From the human T2T-CHM13v2.0 reference genome, Homo sapiens: 64,000 bases of DNA. This document shows positions 1-22,853 of the stretch, piece after piece. Location: assembly GCF_009914755.1 (NCBI RefSeq), contig NC_060945.1, one strand, 5' to 3'. The notes below the pieces were generated by a model. That model worked only from the letters and a program-made list of their open reading frames with translations. It did not search any database and was not told where the DNA came from. Made by a program: the position numbers and the translations under genes. Within the stretch, counting starts at the first letter, position 1. Every line of letters begins with the position of its first letter.

Positions 1-464
1 ATAGAAAGATTATTTCCTTACATTTAAGGAAGACTATTCTTTATTTGTGGCTGAAATGCTGTGTTCAGTTCTAGTCGATATATATCATAGCAAGAAAATA
101 AGCGGGGAGAATGGTAACCTAAATACATCAGGAACATTAAACATGGGGGAAAATGTGATCAAATCAATAAAATTGTCAACAGCATGAACAGAATGAACTC
201 TTAGTTATCTATTTCAGTGTTTTAGGATGACATGACACATCTTGAAACCCGAAGGAGGCAAACTGAAGTCAAAGAGTGCCATTTGACAATGCAGGAAATC
301 ACTAACCCTAAGAAATATTGCTTGGGAAATATTATCATTCTATAATTACAGATTTAAAATCATTTTATCCATGATGTTTTTTCTTCTTATGCCCTCCTCT
401 TGCCCAAGGTCTACATTTTCCTTTTCATTTTCAAATAATTAGGTAATAAATCCTGATTTGTTAC

Positions 465-566
465 CATTGGAGTCAGAATGGATGACATCCACAAACTTTG
501 CATCCGTGTAATCTAATCTGCTATATGGTGGTTTTCTGGAGAACCTTGGCCCAGCAGGGTCAAGAC
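465..566 (-). CDS. LIPI: LIPI coding exon 4 (catalytic Asp motif)
   Basis: CAG acceptor at 567-569, GTAA donor at 461-464. 102 nt, phase 1-1. Translates (G)[33 protein letters not shown](G), with the pancreatic-lipase-family GLDPAGP and DAxFVDVIH motifs. Confidence 0.96.
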
Positions 567-1208
567 CTGGAAAGCAAGAAAGAAATAATCAGTCTCATCA
601 AGTCCACAGAGCTCCTTACATTGCATACTTCCATTATTACTGCATTATAAACATAAAAAGCATTTATACTTTTAGTTTAAACCTATCCAAGAACATATCT
701 AAAAACAAATGGAAGTGAATGAATAGCAGGTAACTTCAGTATTTGAATAATACTACTAACCTTCAGAGCTTTTCAGGTTAAGCCGCAACAAAATATTGTC
801 GGAATTTTTGGAGTATTTTTCTGTGAGACTGAATTAGGAGTAATAAAGTAGTTTATATTTAATAATAACTACAACTATTTCTCCTGAAGGAAAAAAATAA
901 TGAATACCATCTGGTCCTCTCTTGAACTCTGTACATTACTAGCTCACTTTGGATTTATCTGTAGATAGACCTGAAAAGCTTTTTTAGGTGCCAAATATAA
1001 TTTGGGCTATGGGATAAATCATGTTATCTTATCCATTTCTCGTAAGACTTTCTCACACACTCTTAAGAAAAGAAAAAATATATTTTAAATTCCATGGAGT
1101 GTGAATATTATTTCTGGGTTATCTTAATTTCTAAATAAAAATGCTAGGCTCATGACTTTCTGGGAATTGTCAAAAAGAGGAGAGAGAAGATAAAATTCAG
1201 TTTTTTGA

Positions 1209-3234
<2,026 letters not shown>

Positions 3235-4302
3235 AAAGTAAAATATAATGTTTTTCATTTCAAAAACCTCTATTATCCCCATTTTATTTAACCCACTTGA
3301 CTGAATGAGACAGAATCATCTATCTTCCTATAAATCATTCTGATATAGAACCTCCATGTTTGGTGGCCTTTTAGTACCTGATGATTGCCTGGTATTTGGG
3401 CCATTCAAGCTAGACTAATATGTGTAAACACAATTTAAAGTACAAATTGAGCAAGTGTGGTTTTGGAAAGAGAATGAGCTTTAAGCACTAGGGAACTTTG
3501 TATAAGTAAATCCTGGCTAAACTGCTATTTCTTGACCCTCCTACATTCATTCAGTTAATTTGTTTTCACACATATTTGATAACATTAAAACTAATCAGAG
3601 TAAGTAAGGGTATGCATAAGGTTTGTAAAGATAACTATCTATATGTTATTCACCTCTTTCCCCCTTTTTTGAAACTTAACTAAGGACACTATTTTCTTTT
3701 ATCAACACTTAAAGTTATTATAAGTCTTCTATGGCCATAGATATGAATAATTGCTTTTTTTTCAAAACAAAAAAGGTAAATTGGTTGAAAGGAATATTAT
3801 CCTCCTATTCCTAAAGTCACTACCACTCATAGAGGAAAGAATGAAAATCCATATCAGCCTTATTAGATGACTGAGCTTCCTGGATGCAGTAACTTTGTTA
3901 TAGAAATATGAAGGGGGACCCAGAGTCCCTCAAATTGGATGCAACTCCTGATTCTTTTGTAGCATTCAAGTAAAAATTTTTAGAGAGTTGAAATGCATCA
4001 AAGTTTGTGATAACTAAGTAAATAGTTATATTCTTAGCTAATACATAAAGTATTTTTCTTTAATGAGTCATATTTACTTCTGTATTCTTACGATAGTATG
4101 TCCTTAAAATTTAGCTGGGACTGCAGGAATAGATGTTTTTCTCCCATTTCCATTTGGGTAACTTAAGCTCTGTTGAGAACTTAACAAAACTTTAGAGTCT
4201 AACTAAAACAAAGCCAATATTTAAATATAACATAGAAAAAATAAATGTTTGTACATAATTTCTATTGAGTAATTATTGTACCCACTAAATTTTAAGCAAA
4301 GT

Positions 4303-4624
<322 letters not shown>

Positions 4625-4667
4625 TTAAAAGTATGCTAAAGCAATAATTTTATAAAAATAATTTTAC

Positions 4668-4776
4668 CTGTTATTCTTCCAAGTTGACCATGAAATATCT
4701 TTCCAACAAATCCACTGATATGAGCCCCTAAGCTCACACCTATGAAATGAAAATTGTCAAGAGATGCACCATGCTT
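4668..4776 (-). CDS. LIPI: LIPI coding exon 3 (nucleophile elbow)
   Basis: CAG acceptor 4777-4779, GTAA donor 4664-4667. 109 nt, phase 0-1. [36 protein letters not shown](G) contains GxSxG (Ser159 counting from the ATG at 29553). Confidence 0.96.
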
Positions 4777-5314
4777 CTGCAATTAAAGAGAAAGGCAATA
4801 TTACAGTATTCATTTCAAGTAATAACAAATCATGCCCCCCTCATATATCGACATTTCAAAATTCATTATTTTTCTGGCTTGATTCATTTTGGGGATATCG
4901 GGAAAGAGACTTTATAATTTCAAGATGACTATATATTTGTTCAACTTTTGCCACAAAATATTTGATTTTTCTTTATTCATTTTTAATATCAATTTATTTT
5001 AAAATTGTATCATCTCATGCAGAACAGTATGCAAAATGCAATTAATTAGCAGAGTGTTTTATAATAATCAACATTACTAGGTGCTTACTTTCTGCTAGCT
5101 ACCTCGATATGGGCCTTACAAAGTTCATATTTAATACTTCCAATTTCGTTATGAGTTATTCATTTTTATTCTAATGCCTAAAACTGTCAGTAGCACCTAT
5201 TAAATGCTAAATAAATAATATTGGATCAATTCCAATTTTATTAAGGAAACTGCCAGAAGTAACAACTTTCCCAAAGCCACATAGATTCATAAGAGGAAAA
5301 GATGGATTCCAAGC

Positions 5315-5687
5315 TGCTGTGGTCTGAATGTTTGTGTCTCCCTAAAATTCATATGTTGGAATTCTAATCCCCAAGGTGATGATATTTGGAGGTGAGGCCT
5401 TCTTGTGGGTTAGGAGAATTATGTCATGAGTGTGGAACCCTCATGAAAGGGATTACTGCCCAGATAGAAGAGACCTGAGGGATCTCCTTCTACTCTTCCA
5501 CCATGTGAGGACACAGTGAAAAGGCATAATCTATGAACCAGGAATTGGGCCCTCACCAGACACTGAATCTGCTGATGCCTTCTCCTTGGACTTCTCAGAC
5601 CCTGAAACTATGAGAAATAAATGTTTCTTGTTTATAAGCTACCTAGCCTATGGTATTTTGTTACAGCAGCCCAAATGGACTAAAACA
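5315..5687 (+). mobile_element. MaLR solo LTR (MLT1A/MST-like)
   Basis: TG...CA ends, TGAATGTTTGTGTC start, GGCCCTCACCAGACAC motif, near-TSD CAAGC/CAAAC. Confidence 0.8.
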
Positions 5688-7000
5688 CAAACCTAGGTCT
5701 CACTCCAAAATTATGCTAATTTGCCTTCTTGTTTTATCTGATCAGGTTGTGTCAAAAACCTTAGGAAGATTCACAAAAGTTCAATAATGATTCTCACTTC
5801 AGAGATGATGAAATTAATTTTATGGATTTTAGGTGACTTCCTTCCCCTGATCACCAGCTCAGGAGTGATGCATCCAATCTTCCAAGGCCAACGTCTGAAT
5901 ACCTCTTAGTCTCAGCTCCAGGAAGGGAAATTAGAAGACTACATGAGAGTGTACTTCCACCACACTCTTGGGGAGCTATTGTGAGACTTGTGGACAGATC
6001 ATGGTCCAGCCCACACAGTGATATGTCTGATGGCTTACAGAAAGATGTGGAGCGCTTGCCACTAATGAAAAACTACCCTCAGGCTTTCAAGGCACAAGGT
6101 TATGATTTTCTTCAGATTTCTCACAGCCATGCCCCAAAACATAAGGGAGTATCTCTCGAGACTCCAGTGCTGCCGGTCATTTAAATCTTCCTCTGTAATA
6201 TGAAGCCTCTGTAAGCAAAGGCACTGTTAGAATTTTATCTAATATTACAAATTTTCCTAAATATTTCTATTTAATATTCACATTCTCCACACTTTGAGGC
6301 ACATATTTATTAGTTGAGAAAACACCAGTAACATCAGGAAAAATCAATGATGTAATTAATAGTCTGTTGGTGGAGATGGTTGAATCAATTACCTCCTCTG
6401 TCTCTCTACAGCAATGGTATTGTTTTGTCCAAATTTGGGGGTGTAAAAATAATAATGAAAGTTGATCTTAATGATTACTAAATGTCACCCACTGATTAAG
6501 CACATATATATTAATTCAATATTCATATAAATATTTTTGTAACATGTTGTTATTCTATATGTACAAATAAGGAAATGCAGCACAGAGAGGCTATGTAATT
6601 GTTCAAAATTACACAGATGATAAAAGATGGACATACAGTTTGAACCCATCCAGTCTGACCCCTGGCCACTACATATAACGGCTTCTTGGAAGTGTTGTTA
6701 TTTGTTCAATTTTTAGCAGAGTCTTGAAAGTTCAGCACAACACAACTCAAGTTTAAATTTCAAGCTCAATAATGCCCCCGAATCAGATATCACCCTTCTT
6801 TCTCTCAAGTACCCACAACTACCTACTTTCTTTTAGGATAGACATGGATCTCCCTAAGGGTTGACTTAATAAACAAAAATCATTCACAGTGCAGATAACA
6901 TAGAACTGGACTGAATTTTATTTGATCCATTCAAATCCTGAGCAGACTTGAATGAATCTGATGTTCACCTCCAAAGCTGACAGAAGTATGCTACTTTTCA

Positions 7001-7306
<306 letters not shown>

Positions 7307-7740
7307 TTACTTTTACCAATTCACACTCGATTATATGCAAATATTTTAGCCGTATATTTTAAAAGATACCTGAAGATTGTAATAATTATAAAGTTTATTT
7401 CCCCCACCCACATAGGATAACTATTTTATTCTGAGGTTGGTATAGGTAGAGTTAAAAGAAATCTCAGAAGATTTTTAAATAAAACCTAATAATTACTAAA
7501 TTTTAATATAATGTTTTAAAAATAACACAGGATATGTCTAGGTATAGAATTATTCATTTAGGCAGACAAAGAAAAGATGGCTGCATACATTGGTATATCA
7601 AACCAGTAATTGTTAATGCTTATGGGGAAAAGTATATAGTTTATTATCACTTTGTGGTATTGAATGTAACACACTGCATATTGTATAGCACGTATAATAT
7701 ATTGTATAGCATGTATAATACATAAAATTCCCAGACTTAC

Positions 7741-8126
7741 CAAAAGATTTTTAATGTGCACACTCAAACTCACAGCAACTTTTCTGGTGTTTTTAACTGC
7801 TCTATTATAAATAAAAGTTGTAGCACCCCGGCTCCAGTCTACTACAATTACATTCATATCTTCTTCATTCAGCAAAATCCTTACGAAGTTCTGAAGCCAT
7901 AATGGGATGGAGCCTACTGGTCTGTATCCGTGAATAAGCCAGACTGTTTTCTTTTGTGTGTTGAAATTAACATTAAGTGAGTTATTTTGTTCAAACAGTG
8001 GCTCAGCACAGTTTAGGTTGTTCCTTGTATACATCATCAGAATGGTCTCTATTCTCGGAATAAATAAATCTCTGAAGGAATCCTTTACACTTAGCTGAGA
8101 GAATTCAAGGCATGGTCTTTTATTAT
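7741..8126 (-). CDS. LIPI: LIPI coding exon 2
   Basis: TTTCAG acceptor ending at 8127, GTAAG donor at 7740. 386 nt, phase 1-0. (D)NKRPCLEFSQL...WLIHGYRP...NVIVVDWSRGA...IKNLL, with the lipase IHG and VDW motifs. Overlaps the ORF 7558..8037. Confidence 0.96.
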
Positions 8127-9786
8127 CTGAAATAAGAAAATGTCAGTCAAGCTGAGTACTGGGATAGTATTTTATTCCTGTTGCTATTGCAAAGAACAGA
8201 ATTAAATGTGGAGGGTAGGGAGGATTTCATTTCATGAGCCCTTCAACATAATTTACTGAGCAACTGCAATGTTGAAGGTAATGTATTAATTATGTAAAAA
8301 GATTTTCTGAACCAAAAGTAATGGAAAATATAAATGTGATTGGTTAAAAAATTAAGAAGAGATTTTTATCTGTACAAAATATAATAGTAATGGGTGTGAG
8401 CGAAAATAAGATTGTTAATAAAGTGCAATGGGTACTAATCAAAGTTGATACATTGATTATAAACTTTAACAAAAGTTTTACAGAGTAGTCCTTGTACAAT
8501 AAGCATTAGCATAAAATATATTTAACTTGTCTAGTCATCAATACAAAACAATAAAGTAATATTTTCCCCATAAAATTTAAAATGTTTCAAAAAATTAAAT
8601 AATAAATATTAATATAACATGAATGTTGAGATCATAAGTTGATACAACATTCCTTTGAAATTTTGCATGTGTGTGCTTACTGTACACATAAACTTAACAA
8701 ATCTTTTTCTTAATTTTCTTTCTAGGACTTACAAACCATTTGTAATAAGTGTAAAGACTTTAACCGCTGGGTTATGTATAATGGGACAAAAATGTAAAAC
8801 ATCTTAAATCTCATCCTTATAGTATTTTCATCCATGTGTGCATTCTATAACTATTAACTATCTATCTATATATTGCTCTATATACTTATCTATCTACCCT
8901 AGAAAGAACTAGGGCAGAAAATAAATAACTAAACCAGATGAATAGCAATAGTCATTGCTAGACAATGAAATGATGACTGCCTTTTGTTTTCTTTTTCACA
9001 GATTTTTGTGATTCTATTTTTTTCATAATAAGCAAATAATCCCCATAGTGGTTTTTTTTCCAGATGATAGTATATGTTCATACTGCTTCTAGCACTTTAA
9101 TTTGATAATAATATTCAGGAAATAATTTTTCAATCCATACCAAAAATTAACAAAAGTATTAATGCACTTTATGCCAGTAATTCCACTTTAAAGAATCTAT
9201 CCCAGAAAAACATAGCAAAACAAGAGGTAACGTATTATTTTAATACTGAGATAATATGCATTTCTTACAATAATTCTAGTTTTCAAGTATATACACAATA
9301 TTGTCACAATTGATTAGATGAAGAGAAATAAGGAAGGCAATGAAGGAGAAGCAAGACTTGCATTCCATTCCTATATTAACAGCTGAGAGATATTTGGAAA
9401 AATTATTTCATTTGTTGTAAATATCAGAGAATGAGGAAGAGAAATATATTGAAACACAATACAATATGAATGCATGCTACACCGTGCAAATTGTGTGGGA
9501 AATCTATACATCCACCTTCTCACCACCTGGAATTCTGACAAGAATTTAATACATATCAATACCAATCAATACATCCAAAGTGCTGGTCCACTCCAAGCTA
9601 AAGTCAATTTTACCTGGCCCTAGAATAAGTAATGAGGAATAAACCAGTAGGATCCTGGTGATAAATACAAGAGAAAGAAATCATCACCTAATATAATCAA
9701 CAAATATATCTATTATCTATTAAAAGATATAAAATATTTTTCATTAGAATGCAAGAAAAAATACATCTCAAAAACTGGAGCAGGAG

Positions 9787-10232
<446 letters not shown>

Positions 10233-10882
10233 TTAAAAAGTAACAAGATATTTAAAGGAGGTACACAGGCAATTTTAAATAAATAGAGAACTAAGTATAT
10301 TCTATACAAAATAAAAAGAAAATAGGTTGGTGTGTTATAGTGCAATAATGGCACCAATTCACCACTCCCTGAATCCATCTCATTTCTCTTGGAAATTTTA
10401 GTTACATCATAAGTGGGGTGACTTGTTCCACTCCTTGATATGGACACAAATGTAGGGCGTGCCCTAGAAAATAGAACCTTAGGAAACTTAATGCAAGCAG
10501 AGGCTTAAAATCAGCTTGTGTATGTGGGCTTGGACGTCCTAACCTCTGCTATCACCACAAAAGCATCCATAGTCTGGCCTGTTAGAAAAGGAAAGACAGT
10601 TGTAACAGTGCAAAGTCCTCCAATGTGCTAGGTTCTAGTCACCCCAGCTGACTGACAGTCATTCAATAGCCAGACATGAATTGAACCAAGAAAAACAGTG
10701 TTACCTAACCAACTCCCATATGACTCCACAAGTGTGAGTAACAGCTGCTTAACATCAAATCCCACTGAGGGTTAAGAGTTTTATTTTATTTTTATTTTAT
10801 TTTGGCATTATTGTGACATCATATAGTCGATTTCATCAGCAACATTAATATCAAGTAAAGAGAATAAAAACAAAAGTCATCA

Positions 10883-11236
<354 letters not shown>

Positions 11237-11329
11237 CTAATGTATTGTCAAACTCTTAAGGAACATTAAATTGATTCAATTCTACTAGATTTAGGAATAG
11301 AAAGAAAAATAAAATTCTAGACAACAAAA

Positions 11330-13560
11330 ACTTACAGAAATCCCTGATGAGATTATAAGTGGACTCTTCAGCAGAAACTTTGCAGGGCAGAAGGCAATGG
11401 AAAGATATATTTTAAATGTTGAAAGAAAAACTATCAACCTAGAATTCCATATCCAACAAAATTGTCCTTTAAAAATGAGGAAGAAATTAAAACATTCCAA
11501 CATTCCCACACAAGCATAAGCTGGGAATTCCTTACCTCCAGACCCACTCTACATGAAATGTTAATGCAAGTCCTTCACATTTAAAAGAAAGTACACTAGA
11601 CAAGTAACTAGAAGTCATACAAAAATACAAAAATATAAGTTTCTGTGGTAAAGACAAATATATGACAAATAAAAACAGTTTTGCTTTGTAACTTTACTTT
11701 TTATTTTCTACAGGACTTAAAAGACAAATGAATAAAAATAATTATGAATGCATGTTAATGGGTACACAATATATAATGATGTAATTTGTGTCATCGGTAA
11801 AATTAAGTAGGGGAGAGTGGAACTGTAAAGAAGTAGAGAATTTTGTTATGGTATTGGAGTTAAGTTAGTATCAATTTTAAAAAGATAATGATTTTGGGCT
11901 ATTATTTGTAATCCTCAATGTAATCAAAAAGAAAACATCTATAGAATATTTAAGAAAGAAAATGAGAAGAGAATCAAAACACGCTGCTACCAAAAAAATC
12001 AATTAAACACAAAGAAAGGCAGTAGTGGAGGAAATGAGGGACAAAAAGGCTTTAAGACATACAGAAAACTAATAACAAAGTGGTAAAAATAAGTGCTTTG
12101 CTATCAATGATAATTTTAAATGTAGGTAGACTAAACAACCCCCCCAACTGAAAACATATTGGCAGAATGAATAAAAATCAGGACCAGACTATATGTTACC
12201 TACAAGAGACTCAGTTTAGATTTAAAGACATATAGGCTGAAACTTAAAGAATGTAAAAAGATATTCAATGCAAAATGTAACTAAAAGTGAGCAGAAATGC
12301 TGCACTAACATCAAGCAAATTAACTAAGTTAAAATCTGTTACAAGAGACAAATATATTAAAATGCTGAAACAGTAAAAATTCTTAGAAGAAAACAAGGGG
12401 GAAACATTCATACCTTGGATTTGGCATTGATTTCTTGAATATTACAAGAACAGAACCACAGGCGACAACAGAAAAAAAAAATGAGTAAATTGGACTTAAT
12501 CAAAAGTAAAACTTTTATGCATCAAAGGACATTATCAACAAAGTAAAAAGGCAACCCACTGAATGTGAGAAAATATTTATTAATCATATATCTGATATGG
12601 ATTAATTAATTAATATCAGAATATTATAATGAACTTCTATCACTCAACAACAAAAACACAAACAACCCAATTAAAACTGGGCAAAGACTTAAATTGACTT
12701 ATCAATGAAGATATCCAAAAGTTCCATAAGCTTATGAAAACAAGCTCAATATCACTATCACTAATAATTGGGGAAACAGAAATCAAAAGTATAATGAGAT
12801 GCCACTTCCTACCTATTATGATACTTGCTAAAAACACACACACACAAAAATGGAAAATAACAACTGTTGGTGAGGATGTACAGAAATTGGAACCATTGTG
12901 CATTGCTGATGGGTTATAAAATGGTGTAGCTGCTGTGGAAAATGGTATGGTGGCTCCTCAAAAATTGAAAATAAACCTACCATATTATCCAGCAATTCCA
13001 CTTCTGTATATACACCCAAAAGAATTGAAAACAGTAACTGGAAAATATATTTGTATACCCATGTTTATAGAAGCATTATTTACAATAGCTAAAAGGTGGA
13101 AGCCACACAAGTATCCATCAACAGGTGAATGAACAAAACCTGGTAGATATCTAGAATGGAATATTGTTCAGCTTTGAAAAGGTGAAATTGACACATACTA
13201 CAATAAGAATAACTTTGAAGACATTATGTCAAGTGAAAATAAACTGGACATAAAAGGACAAATACCATATGATTCAATTTAAATGAGATACCGAGATCAG
13301 TCAAATTTATAGAGACGGAAAGTAGGATTGTGGTTGCCCTGGGCTGAGGGAAAAGGGGAAATGAGGAGTTATATTTAATAGATATAGAGTTGATGGGTAC
13401 AGAATTTGAGTTTTGAAAGATAAAAAATTCTGGCGATGGATGATGATCATGGTTGCATGACAGTGTGCATGCAGTTAATGCCACTAACCTATAAACTTAA
13501 AAATGGCTAAAATAATAATTTTTTCTGTGTGTTTGACACAATTGAAAGAAAACAAAACAA
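11330..13560 (+). mobile_element. Old L1 (L1M-type) fragments: ORF1 end, ORF2 pieces, 3'UTR
   Basis: Degenerate ORF2-like peptides (12734..12919, 12935..13132: PAIPLL..HPKE, PMFIEALFTIAKRWK) and an L1M-type 3' end. Confidence 0.8.
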
Positions 13561-14259
13561 AACATTAAGAATCCAATTCCTGTCATTATAGATATCTCAT
13601 CCCAGATTTGCCTTACTGCTGTAAACAACCAGAACAGTGGATAAACTATATGGGAAAAAAATTTAGACACTGGACAACAAAAAACACAGAATTGTGATTG
13701 CTGAAAGGGAAGCAATGTATTTGAACCCTATAAACTCATAGCTTTCTGCTTGGAGGCCATTTCCAGACTGCTGTGTAAAAAGGGCTCAATTAATCAGAGT
13801 ATAGCAGTCTTGTCAAGTCGGGGAGAAACATCAGAGTCTGGGAAGTCTGAGACAACTAGAATTTGAAAGGCAAAGTGTCAGAGAGGAAGGAGCCAGGCAG
13901 AAGAAAAACTCTGAAATCTGCATAGGGGTCTCTTATATCTGGATGTTGCTGGATCCATATGTTGCTGGATATGATCCTTTGCATACATGGGATAGAATCA
14001 CAAAGAGCTGAAAGCTGAACAATTTTCGAGGTCACATTAGACTAGGAGAGATTGAAGTTGCAACTAGGCAAAGTAGGAAGACCTTAATAAATGCAGGGAC
14101 ATTCAGTAGGATCCCCAGAATGGTCAGACTTTAGTTTAAATGGCACTAAACCAAGTCTAGAATAAAAGAGAACTTAGAGTCATCCTCCTTCTCTCATTCT
14201 CCAAGCTCTGCTTGCTTTCATTCAGCCTCATTATCTGGCAAAGGACAGGCTATGCATAT

Positions 14260-15625
14260 AAAATATTTAAGGAAAACATTAACAATCTTGGCATAGGCAA
14301 AGGACTCTAAGATACGATACACAGTAAACATGAAACAGAAAAAAGTGATAAATTGGGCTTTTACATAATAATACATATCTTCTAAAAGGACACTGTTAAG
14401 AATATGAATATGCAGACTTGTGTATCTGAAAAATACTTGTATCTAGACTAACATGTATATGTATTATAATAAGAAAATTCAATGTTTCAATCGGCAAAAG
14501 AATTAAAGACATTTTACAAAAGATGGCATAATGTCTAAGAAGCTCAAGAAATAATACTCGACATCACTAGTCATCAAAACAATGTGAATTAAAACCAAAA
14601 TAATATACCACTACATACCCAGGAGAATGGCTAACATTAAAAACTGACAAAACCAATGAGGATGTAAAGCAACTGAAACCCTTGAACATTGCTGGGGGAA
14701 ATGACAAAATGATACAATTATTGTTAGTTTCTTATAAGGTTACATGCACTTATATGACCCGAAAAATTAACTTGTGGATGTTAATGCATGAGAAATAAAA
14801 ACATGTCCTTACCACATTTACGAGTTCGTAGCGTTTTTTTTTTTTTACATGACACCAAATTGTAAAAAAAAAAAACAAAACAAGAAGTATATGGGTAAAT
14901 AAACTGTGGCATGTCTGTGTAATTTAATACTACCCAGCAATAAAAAGAAATAAACTTTTTATGCATGCAAAAACTTTGATGAATCACAAAAGCATTATGC
15001 TGAGCAAAAGACTCCAGAAACAAAAAAGTACATATTTTAAATTTTCATGTATATGAAATTCTATAAAAGAAATATTTAATCTAGCGTCATAAAGAAGGTC
15101 TGGGTTATATCGAACCAGAGGTGTGGAAGGGATTAATTGCAAAAAGCTAACTAACTTTTAAGGGTGCAGGAAGTGTTTTATATCTTGATTTTATGGTTGT
15201 TATATAAGTGCACATAAGAAGTATGGTGCACCTATTTTTTCAAAACTCATTAGGCTTGGTGCAGTGGCTCACATCTGTAATCCCAGAACTCTGGGAGGCC
15301 AAGGCAGGAGAATAGCTGGAGGCTAGGAGTTCAAGACAAGCCTGAGCAAGGTAGCAAGATGATGTCTTTACAAAAAAAAAGTAAAAATCTAGGTCTGGTA
15401 GTGCACACCTGTGGTCCTGCCTACTCAGGAGGCTGAGGTAGGAGGATTGCTTGAACCCAGAAGATCAAGGCTGCAGTGAGCCATGGTAGCACCACTGCAC
15501 TCCAGCCTGGGCAACAGAAGGAGAACCTATCTCAACAACAACAACAAAAAATAATCAAAGTACATTTAAATGTGTGTACATTTTATTGTATTTATAGTAA
15601 ACATCAATAAAATTAGTTTTAAAAA
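14260..15625 (+). mobile_element. Old L1M 3' fragment interrupted by an Alu
   Basis: Degenerate ORF2-end/3'UTR motifs (GGCATAGGCAAAG, AGAATGGCTAA, CATTATGCTGAG). Confidence 0.65.
15253..15553 (+). mobile_element. AluJ-type element
   Basis: Diverged dimer with J-like GGAGGATTGCTTGAACCCAG and AAGGCTGCAGTGAGCCATG. Confidence 0.85.
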
Positions 15626-16069
15626 ACATAGTAAAGGTCCAATACTTTTTAAATAATAGAAAAAATATAAAGTTCAACAAATAATTCTTAAAACCTGGAA
15701 TAACCCTAATATCAAACATAAAGATAGGACAAATACACACACACACACACACACACATACACCAGATAAATGAGATATAAGTCATTGTAACCCATACAAC
15801 AATCTAATGGCAAAATTCCCAAATCACAAAAATACAGAGCATAAGAACAAAAAAATAATTTATACTATTTTAAATATAAGTTAAAATAGAAATATAATTT
15901 ATTAAAATAACAGAATGCTTTTTTATTTTATGCCAATTGGAATCATCATACTAATGATAAAACACTAGGGCATATTTCCATTAAAATTAAGAAAGTATAA
16001 AAAGTGCTATCATACTATGTATTATTTTTTAATATTCTAACTTAGCATTAAGATTTGAAAAGTAGGAAG

Positions 16070-22572
<6,503 letters not shown>

Positions 22573-22853
22573 AGAAAATGTGGTACATATACACCATGGA
22601 ATACTATGCAGCCTTAAAAATGAATGAGATCATAGCCTTCACAGGGACACGAATGGAGCTAAAGGCCATTATCCTTAGCAAATTAACACAGAAACAGAAA
22701 ACCAAATGCCACATGTTCTCACTTCTAAGTGGGAGCTAAATGCTGAAATCACATGGACACATGGGGGAGAACAACACACACTGGGCCCTGTTTGTGGGGG
22801 TTATGGGGAGCGAGAGCATCAGGAAGAATATCTAATGGATGCTAGGCTTAATA
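22573..22853 (+). mobile_element. Resumed 3' portion of the older L1
   Basis: AAGAAAATGTGGTACATATACACCATGG... followed by an older-type 3'UTR (AGCATCAGGAAGAATA); truncated before the tail. Confidence 0.8.
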
